From NCBI RefSeq assembly GCF_009914755.1, contig NC_060927.1: a DNA stretch of 64,000 bases. One strand, 5' to 3'. Position 1 is the first letter of the stretch, and each line of letters opens with the position of its first letter. The DNA is from the human T2T-CHM13v2.0 reference genome, Homo sapiens. The translations under genes and the position numbers were made by a program. Positions 42,811 through 56,819 of this stretch are shown one piece after another. The notes beneath the pieces were generated by a model, which was given only the letters and a program-made list of their open reading frames with translations, ran no database searches and had not been told where the DNA came from.

Positions 42811-44869
42811 CATCAAGTGAACCCTTTATAAGGGTAGAGCTACACAGAGCCACAGGCTCCAGATACCACCTTTGCCTCTACCATCCAAAGTGCTTCTCCT
42901 GTGCATACATAGATTACATTCTCCCAAATTAAAATCAACAAGACAGACACTGATGGAATCCAAAGTAAAAATTGCAGAATCTATGGGACATTTTGGTCAT
43001 TGATGTAGAGAGTAAATAAAAATGTTTGAAACCAAGACAGATCTTCATACTTATATCATGTGAGGTAAAATGTAACTATTGGCTGATCTGAGGCTTCATT
43101 CTACTGACTACATGTCCTCTTGATTGATATAATGGCACTAATTTTAGAAATGAAAAAGGGTCACATAGATGCAGAGTATTCAAATATAACTGTTCAAGTA
43201 AATTTTAAAGGCTGAGCATATGTGACAGGCCTGTGTTATTCTTTTTGCCATCTCTTCCCTCTTGCCTGCACTGTGAAGCTTCAAAAACACTGCCAATGCA
43301 ACGGCAACCCTGCTGCCGAGGCCCAAGACAAACAACGGCAAAGATGGTAGATGAGCCAGTGATTACAAGTCAATAACAATTTTGCAATTATACATTCTAT
43401 AACCAAATTAGAAACAATGTCATTAAGCCTCAATGGCAAAAAAATTAATTAATTTAATATAAAAATATCTTCCTTGTTTGTCCAAAGTAAATACCCTGGG
43501 AAATAGCACTATGTCATTTGGTAATTACTACAGAACAATATAGGAATAGATCATGACTGGTGTCTAGAAAAACAGCAATCACATTTTGCCTTCTAATTAT
43601 GGCAGCACTCTCAAGAAACACAGGGAGCAGTGCACCCTGCTGTTACACCACAGCAATAACACTCATTACCCCAGTAAATACTATGGAAATGTGCAGTAAC
43701 ACACAGGGGCCTCCCTGCTGTGAGGCTGTGGCAGAATCACTCATCAGGCTGGGAAGTATCACTCGATCGTCTTTAATTACTTCCAAAATATATGATAACC
43801 TGCCCACAGTTAGAATGCGGTGATATCACTCGTTACTTCTCCCTCCCTGCTCCCCTTTTTTTTTTTTTTTTTTTGTAACTTACTAAGAAACCCTGCAGTA
43901 GCCTTACTATAGTGGTGATGTATTGTAACTTATACCAATTTAATCACATAGATTTGTGTGCTTTTGGCCAACATATGCTCCCAATGTGAAATGAGCACAA
44001 GAAAAATATGCTCAAATACTGTTATCTTTCTAGCAAGATCCCTTTTCTCACGTTATTGAGTTGTGGCAACACTGTTGTAATCCTTTCTTTTTATTCTGGA
44101 AATTAGAGTGATAATTACACCGTAGTCCCCTGGAATCCAGAGTACTTGTAATTATATCCAGTTACCTAGGAAAACAGCAATTTCAAACCTATTACCCACA
44201 GGTATCATTTATGTTTATTGCCCTATTTGTGAAGCCGCTTTTACTCTGAATTCCAAGTGGCAGGATGTTTCACTGAGGTACTTGTGCTCCGGAGGAAGGG
44301 AGAAAGGACAGAGGGAGGGGACAATAGGAAGAGGCCTCTACTCCTTTTCAGGAGGCTTAGGTCTGATCTCTATTAGAAAGGGTTTGTTCAGGCCCTTTTC
44401 AAATGGATAAGGCAGATTATGGGACTATGTTTTCCTCACACAGTTTGGAGACAGGGCTCAAAGTTTCAGGGTTTTGTGTTTGACACCTCCCATTGTGCTC
44501 ACTTGTCTCAATGTGCCACAAATGCCTGCAGTAAGGCTAAACTAATTCTTGATTATGACTCACCCTGGCAGGTGAATTAATAGCTTTTAGGACAGCAGTT
44601 TCAAAAATAATTAAACCTAGGTGTTGCTATTTTCATAAGAAAGAAGAAAATAACTGTTATGCCACAGCATTCATCACTTTGATTTGGACAATTTATTCTA
44701 AACATCAGTACTTACTTAAGAGAGGTTTTGCATGTAGTTATTCAGTAAGCCATTCGTATTCCAAAAGAGGGAGTGATGGATGTAGGTTTCCTTCTCTTGC
44801 TAATTTTTGGAGTGATTTGTAAGATTATAATTTTATAAGGAAGACCTAATCTTAGACTTACAAATAATA

Positions 44870-45075
44870 ATATTGTGTACTGAATATTTAAGTCAAGTAC
44901 TAGTTAGCTGTAACAATAACTCAACACAAGAACGTTATTGACCCCATGTATAGATAAAGAAATTAAGCCTCTGAGAGGTTAAGTAATGTGCTCATGATTA
45001 TTCAGTTAGAAAACAGTACAGCCAGGATTTGATCTCAGTTCATTCAAGCCTCCGATCTTGTCCTTTTGCTATACT
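44870..45075 (-). mobile_element. MIR
   Basis: tatagataaagaaattaagcctctgagaggttaagtaatgtgctcatg...agccaggatttgatctcag. Confidence 0.75.
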
Positions 45076-46320
45076 ATCACACTACTCCATCAGGTGCTGC
45101 ATCTATTTCTATTGGCTTCAAGTTCTGTAATGCTTCTTGACATATAAAAAGAAAACTTGCTCAGAATGTTTAAATTATGAAAAAACTTCCCCACAAAATG
45201 TATTTCCCTTATGAGGGAGAAAGACTCAGGTACTTTTAAGCTGAAAGTATTAGTAGTTGTCTGTCTTTTCCTTTACCCTGTGTTAACAGCCACTTGAAGA
45301 CATACGAAGCCTTCATTTTCACCCCAAATTGGGCTTTGGGTCTTATTCACCATTTATCACAAACTATTCTGAAGAATGAAACAGCATTGGAGAAAATGAA
45401 AACTTGGGACTTCTAAAGTTTAACTTGGGAGTCTATTACTGAATTCAAGTATTAAACCGGGCAAAGTCTTCTTGCCCGAACGATTAATTAATTAAAGTCA
45501 AGCATTCATTCATTTTTGTAAAATAACATTTTATATGTATTTTTATTTTTACTGTTTATTTTCACATACCTTTTTAATAGAGGTTTGGTAATAGCTCCTT
45601 TTTTTGCACTGATAGAGAAATAAGTTCAACTTCAGTATGATCCACTTAGTTTCTCAAAACATGATATTAGAAGCATAAATCCAATGTATTTTAATAAGAA
45701 AAAAACAACATAAATGTGAACATATTACACACATTTGTCTGAAATCTATTGAGGTACAGTAAAAAGTGTAATTCCAGAGTTAAACACACAGAGTTGTTTT
45801 AAATTACTTTCATTTAAAACACTTACTGCATGCACAACATGATTTAACTACAGATAATAGTACTAAAATGATTTCTCTAAGGTATCTTCAGAGATAGAGA
45901 TTGTGTAAAGATCACAAATCTAGGAAAGTGTCTCTACTTTACCAAAACAGCATTGGTCATGATATCAGGTCATCCACTGGCAATTGTGACATGGGCATTT
46001 TGAAAGCAGAGCTTGGCATTCAGCAGTTACCAGCTTGCTAGTCAGAGGGCATGTCATACAGTCTAAGAGAGCTGCATTCATTTCTGGTCAGGCCACAGAT
46101 GCAGGTTACCAAGCAAATGTTTCATTGTCCCCTAGGGTAAGCAAACTGAACCTCCCAGGAAGATACGTCTCTATTATTCTGAGAAGGCTATTATTGAAAT
46201 TAGTTAAGAAAACCACTTATCTCCCTATTATTTAAAAATCTGTCAGTGTAAAGATGGATGGCATTACTCAGAATCAGAAAATTTGAATTCCAACACTTGA
46301 TTATGAAACTTGGTAGCTGT

Positions 46321-47634
46321 GGGGGGCGGGGCAAAGATGGCTGACTAGAAGCAGCTGCATTCGGAGGCGCCAATGGGAAAAAAACATAAAAAGCCTGTGA
46401 ATCCTCACAGGCAACCAAGGTATCCAGGTTCTCTCATCAAAATTGTCTAGAAGGTTGATGTGACCCACGAAGAGAAGGAAGAGCGGTGTTGTGCCGCAGC
46501 CCACCTGAGAGCAGGCAAGGGGAGCTGCCTCCCCCCAGCCAAGGGAGGCGGTGAGTGAGCACACTACCAGGGAAACTGTGCTTTTTCCTTGGAACTGGGC
46601 AACCCATGGATCGGAAGATCCCACTTGCAAACCCACGCCACCGGGTCCTAGAATCCCGAACCCTGAATGCAGATTCTTACAGCCTCTCAGCTGGAGTCTG
46701 CTTAAGCCTATCCAACTTCCCCGCAGGGAGGGGTGACCAGCATGGGCTGCCTGACACTGCCCTGTGTCTAAGCTGTTTGAGCTCCTTGGGGGAGGGGCAG
46801 CATCCAGCACTGGGACTCACAACTACCTAACACCACCCACGTTAAGCTCCCTGGGTGGGGGAAGAGCGGCACCCATTTCTATAGCTCCAGGTTGCGCTTT
46901 TCCCCTGCTGGAGCCAGAGGGGCTGGATGGCTTGGTCTCAAGAGTTGTCTCCACAGCCCAACACACTGGCTGCGGCAGTCTGTGGCCAGAGTGCCTCTTC
47001 AGGCCCAACCCCGACCCATCCTTCTTCAGTGGGCAGGGCTTCCCTGTAGGATCTCCAATAACTCCAGCCAGGGGCTCATGGACAGAATTTGGATCTGCCA
47101 GGGCTGAGCCCCTAGTGGGAGGGGTGGCCACAGAATTTGTGGACCAGCAGACTTAGCCTGTCCTCCTGGTAGTTCTGAGGAATCTGGGCAGCCCAGATGA
47201 GTGAAGTTCTCCCCAGCAAAGAGACAAAGTGCTTCATTAAATGGGTCCTTCTCCCCGGGCCACCCAACTGGGTGAGACCGTCCAACAGAGGTTGTCAGAC
47301 ACCCCATGCAGAAGCAATCCTACTGACATCAGGCTGCTGCCCTACAAGATCAGAGGTCCCAGAAGAAGGAGCAGGCACCCATACTTTGCTGCTTTCCATC
47401 CTCCTTGAATGACATCTCCAGGGCGCGAATCAGATGGATAGGGCCTGAAGCGAATCCACAGCAAACTGCAGCAGCCCCACAGAAGAGGGACCGTACTATT
47501 GAAAGAAAAACGAACAAGCAGAAATTGACAGTAACAGCATCAACAACAACAACAACAAGAACAAAAAGGCCTCCACAAAAAACCCATCCAAGGGTCAGCA
47601 GCCTCAAAGACCGAAACTAGACAAACTCACAAAG
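46321..47634 (+). promoter_or_regulatory. L1 5' UTR (internal promoter region), CpG-decayed
   Basis: GC-rich relative to the flanks; YY1-type aagatggc at the 5' end. Confidence 0.6.
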
Positions 47635-48667
47635 ATGAGAAAGAATCAACAACAAAAAAATGCTGAAAACCCAAAAGGCCAGAGTGCCTCTTCTTCTCCA
47701 AGTGATAGCAACATCTCTTCATCAAGGGTGCAGAACTGGATGGAGGATCAGATGGATGAATTGACAGAAGTAGGCTTCAGAAGATGGGTAATAAAAAACT
47801 CTGCTGAGCTAAAGGAGCATGTTCTAACCCAATGCAAAGAAGATAAGAACCTTGATAAAAGTTTAGAGGAATTACTAACTAGAATGACCAATTCAGAGAG
47901 GAACACACGTGACCTAATGGAGCTGAAAAATACAGCACAAGAACTTTGTGAAGTATACACAAGTATCAACAGCCAAATCGAGTAAGCAGAAGAAAGGATA
48001 TTAGAGTTTGAAGACCACCTTACTGAAATAAGATATGCAGAAAAGCATAGAGAAAAAAAAAATAATGAAAAGGAATGAACAAAGCCTCCATGAAATATGG
48101 GACTTCATAAAAAGACCGAACCTATGATTAATTGGAGTACCAGAAGGAGATGGGGAGAATGGAAACAAGCTGGAAAACACACTTCAGGATATTATCCAGG
48201 AGAACTTCCCCAACCTAGTAAGACAGGCCAACATGCAAATTCAAGAAATGCAGAGAACACTATTAAGATACGCCACAAGAAGATCAACTCCTAAACACAT
48301 AATAATCAGATTCTGCAAGGTCAAAATGAAAGAAAAACTATTAAGGGCAGCCAGTGAGAAAGGCCAGGTCACCTGAAAAGGGAAGCCCATCAGACTAACA
48401 GCAGACCTCTCAGCAGGAACTCTATAAGCCAGAAGAGACTGGGGGCCAATATTCAACATTCTTAAAGAAAAGAATCTTTGACCCAGAATTTCATATCCAG
48501 CCAAACTAAGCTTCATAAGTAAAGGAGAAATAAAATTCTTTCCAGACAAGCAAATGCTGAGGGATTTTATTACCACTAGGCCTGCCCTGCAAGAGCTCCT
48601 CAAAGAAGAACTAAATATAAAAAGGAAAAACCAGTACTAGCCACTGCAAAAACACACCAAAATATAA
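47635..48667 (+). pseudogene. L1 ORF1p, disrupted
   Basis: MRKNQ...DELTEVGFRRWVIKNSAELKEHVLTQCKE; stop at 47983-47985, A-run frameshift near 48055, further stops downstream. Confidence 0.92.
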
Positions 48668-48727
48668 AGACCAATGACACTATGAAGAAAGTGCATCAAC
48701 TACTGTGCAAAATAACCAAATAGCATC

Positions 48728-51700
48728 ATGATGACAGGATCAGATTTACACATAACAATACTAACCTTAAATGTAAATGCACCAAACACCCCTGTTAAAA
48801 GACACAGACTGGCAAATTGGATAAGGAGTCAAGACCTATCAGTGTGCTGTATTCAGGAGACCCATCTTACGTGCAAAGACACACACAGGCTCAAAATAAA
48901 GAAATGGAGGAAAATTTACCAAGAGAATGGAAAGCCAAAAAGGCAGGGGCTGCAATCCAGTCTCAGACAAAACAGACTTTAAACCAACAAGTATCAAAAA
49001 AGACAAAGAAGGGTATTACATAATGGTAAAGGGAACAATTCAACAAGAAGAGCTAACTATTCTAAATATATATGCACCTGATACAGGAGCACCGAGATTC
49101 ATAAAACAAGTTCTCAGAGACCTACAAAGAGACTTAGTCTCCTACACAATAATAGTGGGAGACTTTAACACTTCGTTGTTAGTATTAGACATATCAACGC
49201 GACAGAAAATTAACAACAATATTCAGGTCTTGAACTCAGCTCTGGATCAAGTGGACTTAGTAGACATCTACAGAACTCTCTACCCCAGATCAACAGAATA
49301 TACATTATTCTCCGTCCCACATGGCACTTATTCTAAAATCAACCACATAATTGGAAGTAAAACACTCCCCAGCAAATGCAAAAGAACTGAAATCATAACA
49401 AACAGTCTCTCAGACCACACTGCAATCAAATTAGAACTCAGGATAAAGAAGCTCACTCAAAACCACACAATTTCATGGAAATTGAACAACCTATTCCTGA
49501 ATGACTCCTGGGTAAATAATGAAGTTAAAACAGAAATCAAGAAGTTCTTTGAAACAAATGAGAACAAAGAGACAATGTGCCAGAATTTCTGGGACATAGC
49601 TAAAGCAGTGTTTAGAGGGAAATTTGTAGCACTAAATGCCCACATCAGAAAGCTTGAAAGATCTCAAATCAACATCCTAATATCACAATTAAAAGAGCAA
49701 GAGAGGCAAGAACAAACTAATCCAAAAGACAGCAGAAGACAAGAAATAACTAAGATCAGAGAAGAAATGAAGGAGATAGAGATACGAAAAACCCTCCAAA
49801 AAATCAATGAATCCAGAAGCTGGCTTTTTGAAAAAAATAACAAAATAGATCGCTAGCTAGATGAATAAAGAAGATGATGAAAAGAATCAGATAGACACAA
49901 TAAAAAATGATAAAGGGGATGTCACCAATGACCCCACAGAAATACAAACTACCATTAGAGAATACTATAAACAGCTCTACACATATAAACGGTAAAATCT
50001 AGAAGAAATGGATAAATTCCTGGATGCATACACCCTACCAAGACTAAACCAGGAAGAAGTCGAATCCTTGAATAGACCAATAATAAGCTCTGAAATTGAG
50101 GCAGTAATTAATAGCCTACCAACCAAAAAAAGCCCAGGACCAGACAAATTCACAGCTGAATTCTACCAGAAATACAATGAGGAGCTGGTACCATTCCTTC
50201 TGAAACTATTCCAAACAATTGAAAAGGAAGGACTCCTCCCTAACTCAAATAAAAAAAAAAAAAGAGAGAGAAAACTTTAGGCCAATATCCCTGATGAACA
50301 TCGATGCAAAAATCCTGAATAAAATACTGGCAAAGCGAATCCAGCAGCACCTCAACAAAGTTACCCATCACGATCAAGTCAGCTTCATCCCTGGGATGCA
50401 AGTTTGGTTCAACATATGCAAATCAATAAGCATAATCCATCACATAAACAGAGTCAAAGACAAAAAACACGTCATTATATCAATAGATGCAGAAAAGGCC
50501 TTTGAATAAATTCAACATCCCTTCACATTTAAAAACTCTCAATAAACTAGGTATTGATGGAACATATCTCAAAATAACAAGAGCTATTTATTACAAACCC
50601 ACAGCCAATATCATTTTGAATGGTCAAAAGCTGGAAGCATTCCCTCTGAAAACCAGTACGAGACAAGGATGCCCTCTCTCATCATTCCTATTCAACATAG
50701 TATTGGAAGTTCTGGCCAGGGCAATCAGACAAGAGAAAGAAATAATGGGTATTCAAATAGAAAGAGAGGAAGTCAAGTTGTCTCTGTTTGCAGATGATAT
50801 GATTTTATATTTAGATAACCCCATCATCTCATCCCAGAAACTTCTTGAATTGATAAGCAGCTTCAGCAAAGTCTCAGGATACAAAATCAATATGCAAAAA
50901 ATCACGAGCATGCATTTACACCAACAACAGAGAGCCAAATCATGATTGAACTCCCATTCACAATTGCTACAAAGAGAATAAAATACCTAGGAATACAGCT
51001 AGCAAGCAATGTGAAGGACCTCTTCAAGAAGGACTATGAACCACTGCTCAAGGAAATAATAGAGGACACAAACAAATGGAAAAACATTCCATCCTCATGG
51101 ATAGCAAGAATCAATATCATGAAAATGGCCATACTGCCCAAAGTAATTTATAGATTCAATGCTATTCCCATCAAACTACCATTGACATTCTTCACAGAAT
51201 TAGAAAAAAAAACTACTTTAAATTGCATATGGAATCAAAGAAGACCCCATGTAGCCAAGACAATCCTAAGCAAAAAGAACAAAGCTGGAGGCATCATGTT
51301 ACCTGACCTCAAACTATACTACAAGGCTACAGTAACCAAAACAGCATGGTACTGGTACCAAAACAGACAAAAAGACCAATAGAGCAGAACAGAGACCTCA
51401 GAAATAACACCACACATTTACATCCATCTGATCTTCAACAAACCTGACAAAAACAAGCAATGGGGAAAGGATCTCCTATTCAGTAAATGGTACCAAGAAA
51501 ACTGGCTAGCTGTATGCAGAAAACTGAAACTGGAACACTTCCTTACACCTTATACAAAAATTAACTCAAGATGGATTAAAGACTTAAATGTAAAACCCAA
51601 AGCCATAAAAACCCTAGAAGAAAACCTAGGCAATACCATTCAGGACATAGGCAAAGGCAAAGACTTTATGACCAAAACACCAAAAGCAATTGCAACAAAA

Positions 51701-52530
51701 GCCAAAATTGACAAATGGGATCTAATTAAGCTAAAGAGCTTCTGCACAGCAAAGGAAACTAGCATCAGAGTGAACAGACAACTTACAGAATGGGAGAAAA
51801 TTTTTGCAATCTACCCATCTGACAAAGGTCTACTATCCAGAATTTACAAAAAAACTTAAACATATTTACAAGAAAAAAAAAAAACAACCACATCAAAAAG
51901 TGAACAAAGGATAGAACAGACACTTTTCAAAAGAAGACACTTTTCAAAAGAAGACATTTACGCAGCCAACAAACATATGAAGAAAAGCTCAATGTCACTG
52001 ATCATCAGAGAAATGCAAATCAAAACCACAGTGAGATACCTTCTCACACCAGTCAGAATGGTGATTATTAAAAAGTCAGGAAACAACAGATGTTGGCAAG
52101 GCTGTGGAGAAATAGGAACACTTTTACACTGTTGGTGGGAATGTAAATTAGTTCAACCATTGTGGAAGACAGTATGACAATTCCTCAAGGATCTAGAACC
52201 AGAAATACCATTTAACCCAGCAATCTCATTACTGGGTATATACCCAAAGGGTTATAAATCATTCTACTATAAAGACACATGCACACTTATGTTTATTGAA
52301 GCACTACTTACAATAGCTAAGATATGGAACCAACCCAAATGCCCATCAATTATAGGCTGGATAAAGAAAATGTGGTACATATACACGAAGGAATACTATG
52401 CAGCCATAAAAAAGAATTAGATCGTGTCTTTTTCAGGGACATGGATGAAGATGGAAGCCATCATCCTCAGCAAACTAATACAGGAACAGAAAACCAAACA
52501 CCACATGTTCTCACTCATAAGTGAGAGTTG
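48728..52530 (+). pseudogene. L1 ORF2p (endonuclease/RT), disrupted
   Basis: [28 protein letters not shown] (APE endonuclease); [21 protein letters not shown] (RT); [18 protein letters not shown]. Split over many frames. Confidence 0.93.
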
Positions 52531-53549
52531 GACATTGAGAACACATGGACACAGAGCAGGAACAACACATACTAGGGCCTAATGGAGGTTGGAGGGTGAA
52601 GGGAGGGAACTTAGAGGATGAGTCAATAGGTGCAGCAAACCACCATGGCACACGTATACCTATGTAACAAACCTGTGCATTCTGCACGTTTCCTGTTTTG
52701 TTTTGTTTTGTTTTTCTTTAGAAGAAATAAAGAAAAAAAAAACTTGGTAGCTGTATCTCCTTGACACATGTCTAGGCATTGCTGCTTCATCCTTAAGGTG
52801 ATAATAATACCCTGAACACCTAAAATCGTAAGGCTAAAGTAGATAAAGGATTGAGGTTTAGCAGTTTCATGTTTCAAACTTTTCCTGGAAAAAGTACACA
52901 TTTATCTGACACTAATGAAATATGATTTTGGTTCTTCCCTACGCTACACCCCATGAATTATATATATCAAACCACTTCAGTAAGTTTAATTAATGAATTG
53001 CATTATTAATTTATTTTTTTGGTTTGAATGCTTGGTCCTCTCAAAGAAAAGCTGATTTGAACCCATTGTACTTTGACTCTTAAGTGTCAAAAATAATATT
53101 CGTTTGAGTGTTTTCATTTTGACTGTGAGATGAGAGCCAATATAAGTATCTCTTTCCTCCACCTCAGTCCCACCAATCTTCATTTTTTAAGTGAGGTGCT
53201 GCTATAGTAAGTTTAGAACCTCACCAATATTTGCTAATAATTTTAAGATCTTCAGGGCATTTTAAATACTAATAGTTTGGGGCTAGATGTTTAGTATTTA
53301 TGTCCACAGGGTACAAAGTCTTTTTTAGCTCATTAAATTTTGCTTTAATTAATCCCGCCACGGCTTTATAAAGAAGGTGCACTCTGCTTCAGGTTAAAGC
53401 ATGCTGCCTAGGATTTATACGCCCTTTCCTTAGGCCATGGCATTTGTACCTACTATCCATTTCAGGCCCCATTTTAACATAGCTAGAAAAATGAAGGGAG
53501 AAAGGAAATGTTTAGTTGCTTAGTTACATTTTATCAAAATAATACTTTA

Positions 53550-53919
<370 letters not shown>

Positions 53920-54004
53920 TAAAGAGACAAAAATTTGTATCCAATCAAAATTGACTCTCCAAATAATAGGCAGTTGATTCAATCTCTAATAGTCTATATT
54001 AAGG

Positions 54005-54255
54005 AACAATAATAACAATTAACTTTTTAATAGATTTCACCATCTCAAAGGCTCACAGCAAGTCTCAAACATTATCTCAATTCTTATATTGATCCTATGA
54101 AATAGGTAACGTACACTATGCCCATTTTAAAGATGAAAAAAAATTGTGGTTCAGAGGAATTAAGTGACTTGCCTATGGTTTATACAAAGACTAAATAAAG
54201 AGATACAATATAAATCTAAATATCCCAATTTCAACTTTAAATGTCTACTACCTAA
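54005..54255 (-). mobile_element. MIR
   Basis: cccattttaaagatgaaa...ttcagaggaattaagtgacttgcctatggt. Confidence 0.75.
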
Positions 54256-55998
54256 ACCGCCCCCCACCCCACAGAAATGGCTGGAAGTAGATTAATGGAA
54301 GTTACTTGACCTTCATTTGATTAAAAAGAACATAAAATACTTTGATAGAAAGGCCTAACACTATTCCCAAACCCAATGTTCCATGGTCTTCTAAAAGAAC
54401 TTTCTCAAGTCACTAGCAGGGAATCAATACTTATTTTCTAAGGTCTCCAGGCATTCCCAAGACTAGGTTCTTACATGCTTTCCTGATTGTTGAAAGGCTA
54501 TGCTGTCTTTTGCCTCTTCTGCAGTACTTTCTTACATAACATCCTCTACTTTACTACATGTATGGTCAGGTTTTGATGCTTGTTCTCCTACAGTGAGTGC
54601 ATGGAGATCTTGAGTAATGCAGTCTATACCACAGGTGGAAAACTACATGTATAGTACAATGATTTACTTTGTCACTACTCAATGTAATAGTGTGGTTTTT
54701 AATGGACATCTCTATTTTCACTTTCTGTGAAACTAAATGTATTTTTGTCAGATTTCTCAAACCAAACTCAAGGAAGTAAGCTTTTCCTGTCTGTCTTCCA
54801 TCTCTCCTTATCAGCTATAATCAAACATCCACTATATACAACTCTGGCTTGTTTATTGATCTTATTCAAGTCATTACAATCTCTTGTAAAGAGCATCTTT
54901 CATGTGCAAGGGCAGATGACCAAGAGAGACATGCACTAGACATGTTAAGAGTACCCAGAAAGAGAAGATGGGGTGAAAGACTGTTTGTAGAATAAAAGTG
55001 TGCATACAGAGATAAAAACTAGAGATAGTCATCATAGTTAAAGGAAAGAAAAAAAATCTATGACTGTAGCAAATGATATTTGTGTAAGAAAACAATTATA
55101 AAGAAATGTGCATCACTAAAGGAATTTAATACTTTGAAATGAAACTGTTGTCTAGGAAATAAAGCTAGGTTTTAACAGTAACAAATGGCAAATAGTATAA
55201 AATAGAATGAGTTATACATTAGAAAAATGTTTCCTGATATGCAATCTTTTAAAAAGACACCAGTGGAATCATTTTCTATGGAAAAAATTTAAAAGAAGGC
55301 AGCATTTCATGAACTCTGTCTTGAGTTTTTGGAAATATCTCTTACTAATTATGACCTCTATGGTCTATATGGCAAATGCCTCTCACCTGGTAGGCTCAAA
55401 ACACTTTGAGGGTTCCCTAATCTTGAAAATGATTGGAAATCCTCACATTTTAGGCCTGGAACACTCAGCATTGATGCATGCTTCTGCCAGGCAATGGCAG
55501 CAGAGATACTAATGAAAGCAGCAGCTTAGTACGGTGCTCTGATTAGATCCTCAGGTTGGGGAAAGGGCAGGAAAGATGAGAAGAGGAAAGACTTTCACTG
55601 AAACTCTGATGAGAGATTCTAGAAGTAACACATTTTAATTAAGCTTCCTCCAAATCAGCAGGGAGTGAAAATTCAGCTAGTATTTTATTTTCCAATTTAT
55701 TTCTTCAGGGAACATACCTAAAAACTGTTTTGAGGGTGGGCTATTATGTAACTGAAGGACACAATTTGATTATGAACAGGCAGAAACTTGTGAAATATCA
55801 ATTTTTAGTATACATATTTTGGGAGCACCTACCAAGGACCTTACAAAATTTTACGAAACATTATCTAACTCAACCATGAGTCACCTGGTATTTCAAGTCA
55901 CTGTTTCTCAGGGAAAGCTAAGTATTTTCTTAAGCTTATAAAAACATAATTCTTCTCAGTTTCTTCTTGTAGACATCTAGTCAGCTTCTATCACCCTG

Positions 55999-56027
55999 TA
56001 CACACACGCACACACACACACACACGT

Positions 56028-56059
<32 letters not shown>
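55999..56059. repeat. Interrupted (CA)n microsatellite
   Basis: Directly visible; cg and cgtg interruptions preserve purine-pyrimidine alternation. Confidence 0.95.
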
Positions 56060-56063
<4 letters not shown>

Positions 56064-56156
56064 GAGTTAGTTCTTTATGTTCCAGGCTCCTCATGTGTAA
56101 AATGTAGATAACAATAACTGCATGATTTCAGGATGAGTGCTGAGAGGTAATGTATG
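56060..56156 (+). mobile_element. MIR fragment, resumes at 56570-56640 after the LTR
   Basis: ctcctcatgtgtaaaatgtagataacaata...gagaggtaatgtatg | ...aaagaatttagcacagtg..gtagatgtgcaataaatggtagc. Confidence 0.7.
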
Positions 56157-56569
56157 TGTTGAGGGCTCCACAGAAGTAGGATGGACCTCATACCCAAAAT
56201 TTGGTCCAAATGTTGAGACTGATGATGCTACACATACCCCAATGGAGTACGAAAAGGTTTATTATTCACATAAGGAGGCCCTTGGAAGGAGTAGCATAGG
56301 CTACCAAGTAGGTCCAAAAAAATGGCTAGAGATCAGGGGAGGGCCCCTGGCTTGGGGTGTTATGTTGGTTAGGGAGTGAGGCTGAGGAACAGATTGTCCA
56401 GCATAGACCAGGGCTTGCATCGTTTGAACCCCCTGCAGGTACCAAAGGAGGGAGCCCCTGGAATTTCTTATTAGCTTGCCCAGATATGGGGCAGAAGGGT
56501 AAAGGGAAGTGGTGGGGCTTGAAAGTTGTCAGCAGTTGAACATAAAAATGAACTCAGACTCTTTACTAA
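56157..56569 (-). mobile_element. Solo LTR (LTR47/ERVL-like; family tentative)
   Basis: Discrete GC-richer block splitting a MIR. Minus strand starts ..gtaaagagtctgagttcatttttatgttcaactgctgacaac, has AATAAA (tttatt near 56258) and ends ccctcaaca. Confidence 0.65.
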
Positions 56570-56819
56570 CCTATACAAAGAATTTAGCACAGTGTACTTG
56601 GTAGATGTGCAATAAATGGTAGCTTTTTTATTATTGCTGTTAACACAATTATTATACCTATGTTTGTGCCTCCCACTGCTTGGCTGGCATGATGAAAACA
56701 GAATTTTAGAACATGGATCTAAAAGGTAATCAGTATGAATAGAACAGAATTTGAGTAATTGCTTATGTGGTCCAAATATTATACCACAGTAGCAGCTTAA
56801 AGTGTTATGTTTAACATCA

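Larger units (their letters stand above)
46321..52739 (+). mobile_element. Full-length, inactivated L1PA8A
   Basis: 5' UTR starts ggggggcggggcaaagatggctgactagaagcag; ORF1 and ORF2 remnants follow; 3' UTR ggagggaacttagaggat...ttttagaagaaataaa of L1PA8A type. Perfect TSD aaacttggtagctgt at 46306-46320 and 52740-52754. Confidence 0.92.

Noticed and set aside
45458-45497. cgggcaa...ttgcccg inverted repeat followed by ttaattaattaa
   Set aside because: A 7-bp stem is expected by chance; no clean motif match
46301-47620. Dense overlapping ORFs on both strands
   Set aside because: Consequence of higher GC in the L1 5' UTR; no supportable ORF0 call
48927-49856. 309-aa ORF as a possible domesticated endonuclease
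   Set aside because: The N-terminal EN residues are in another frame; ordinary L1 decay explains it
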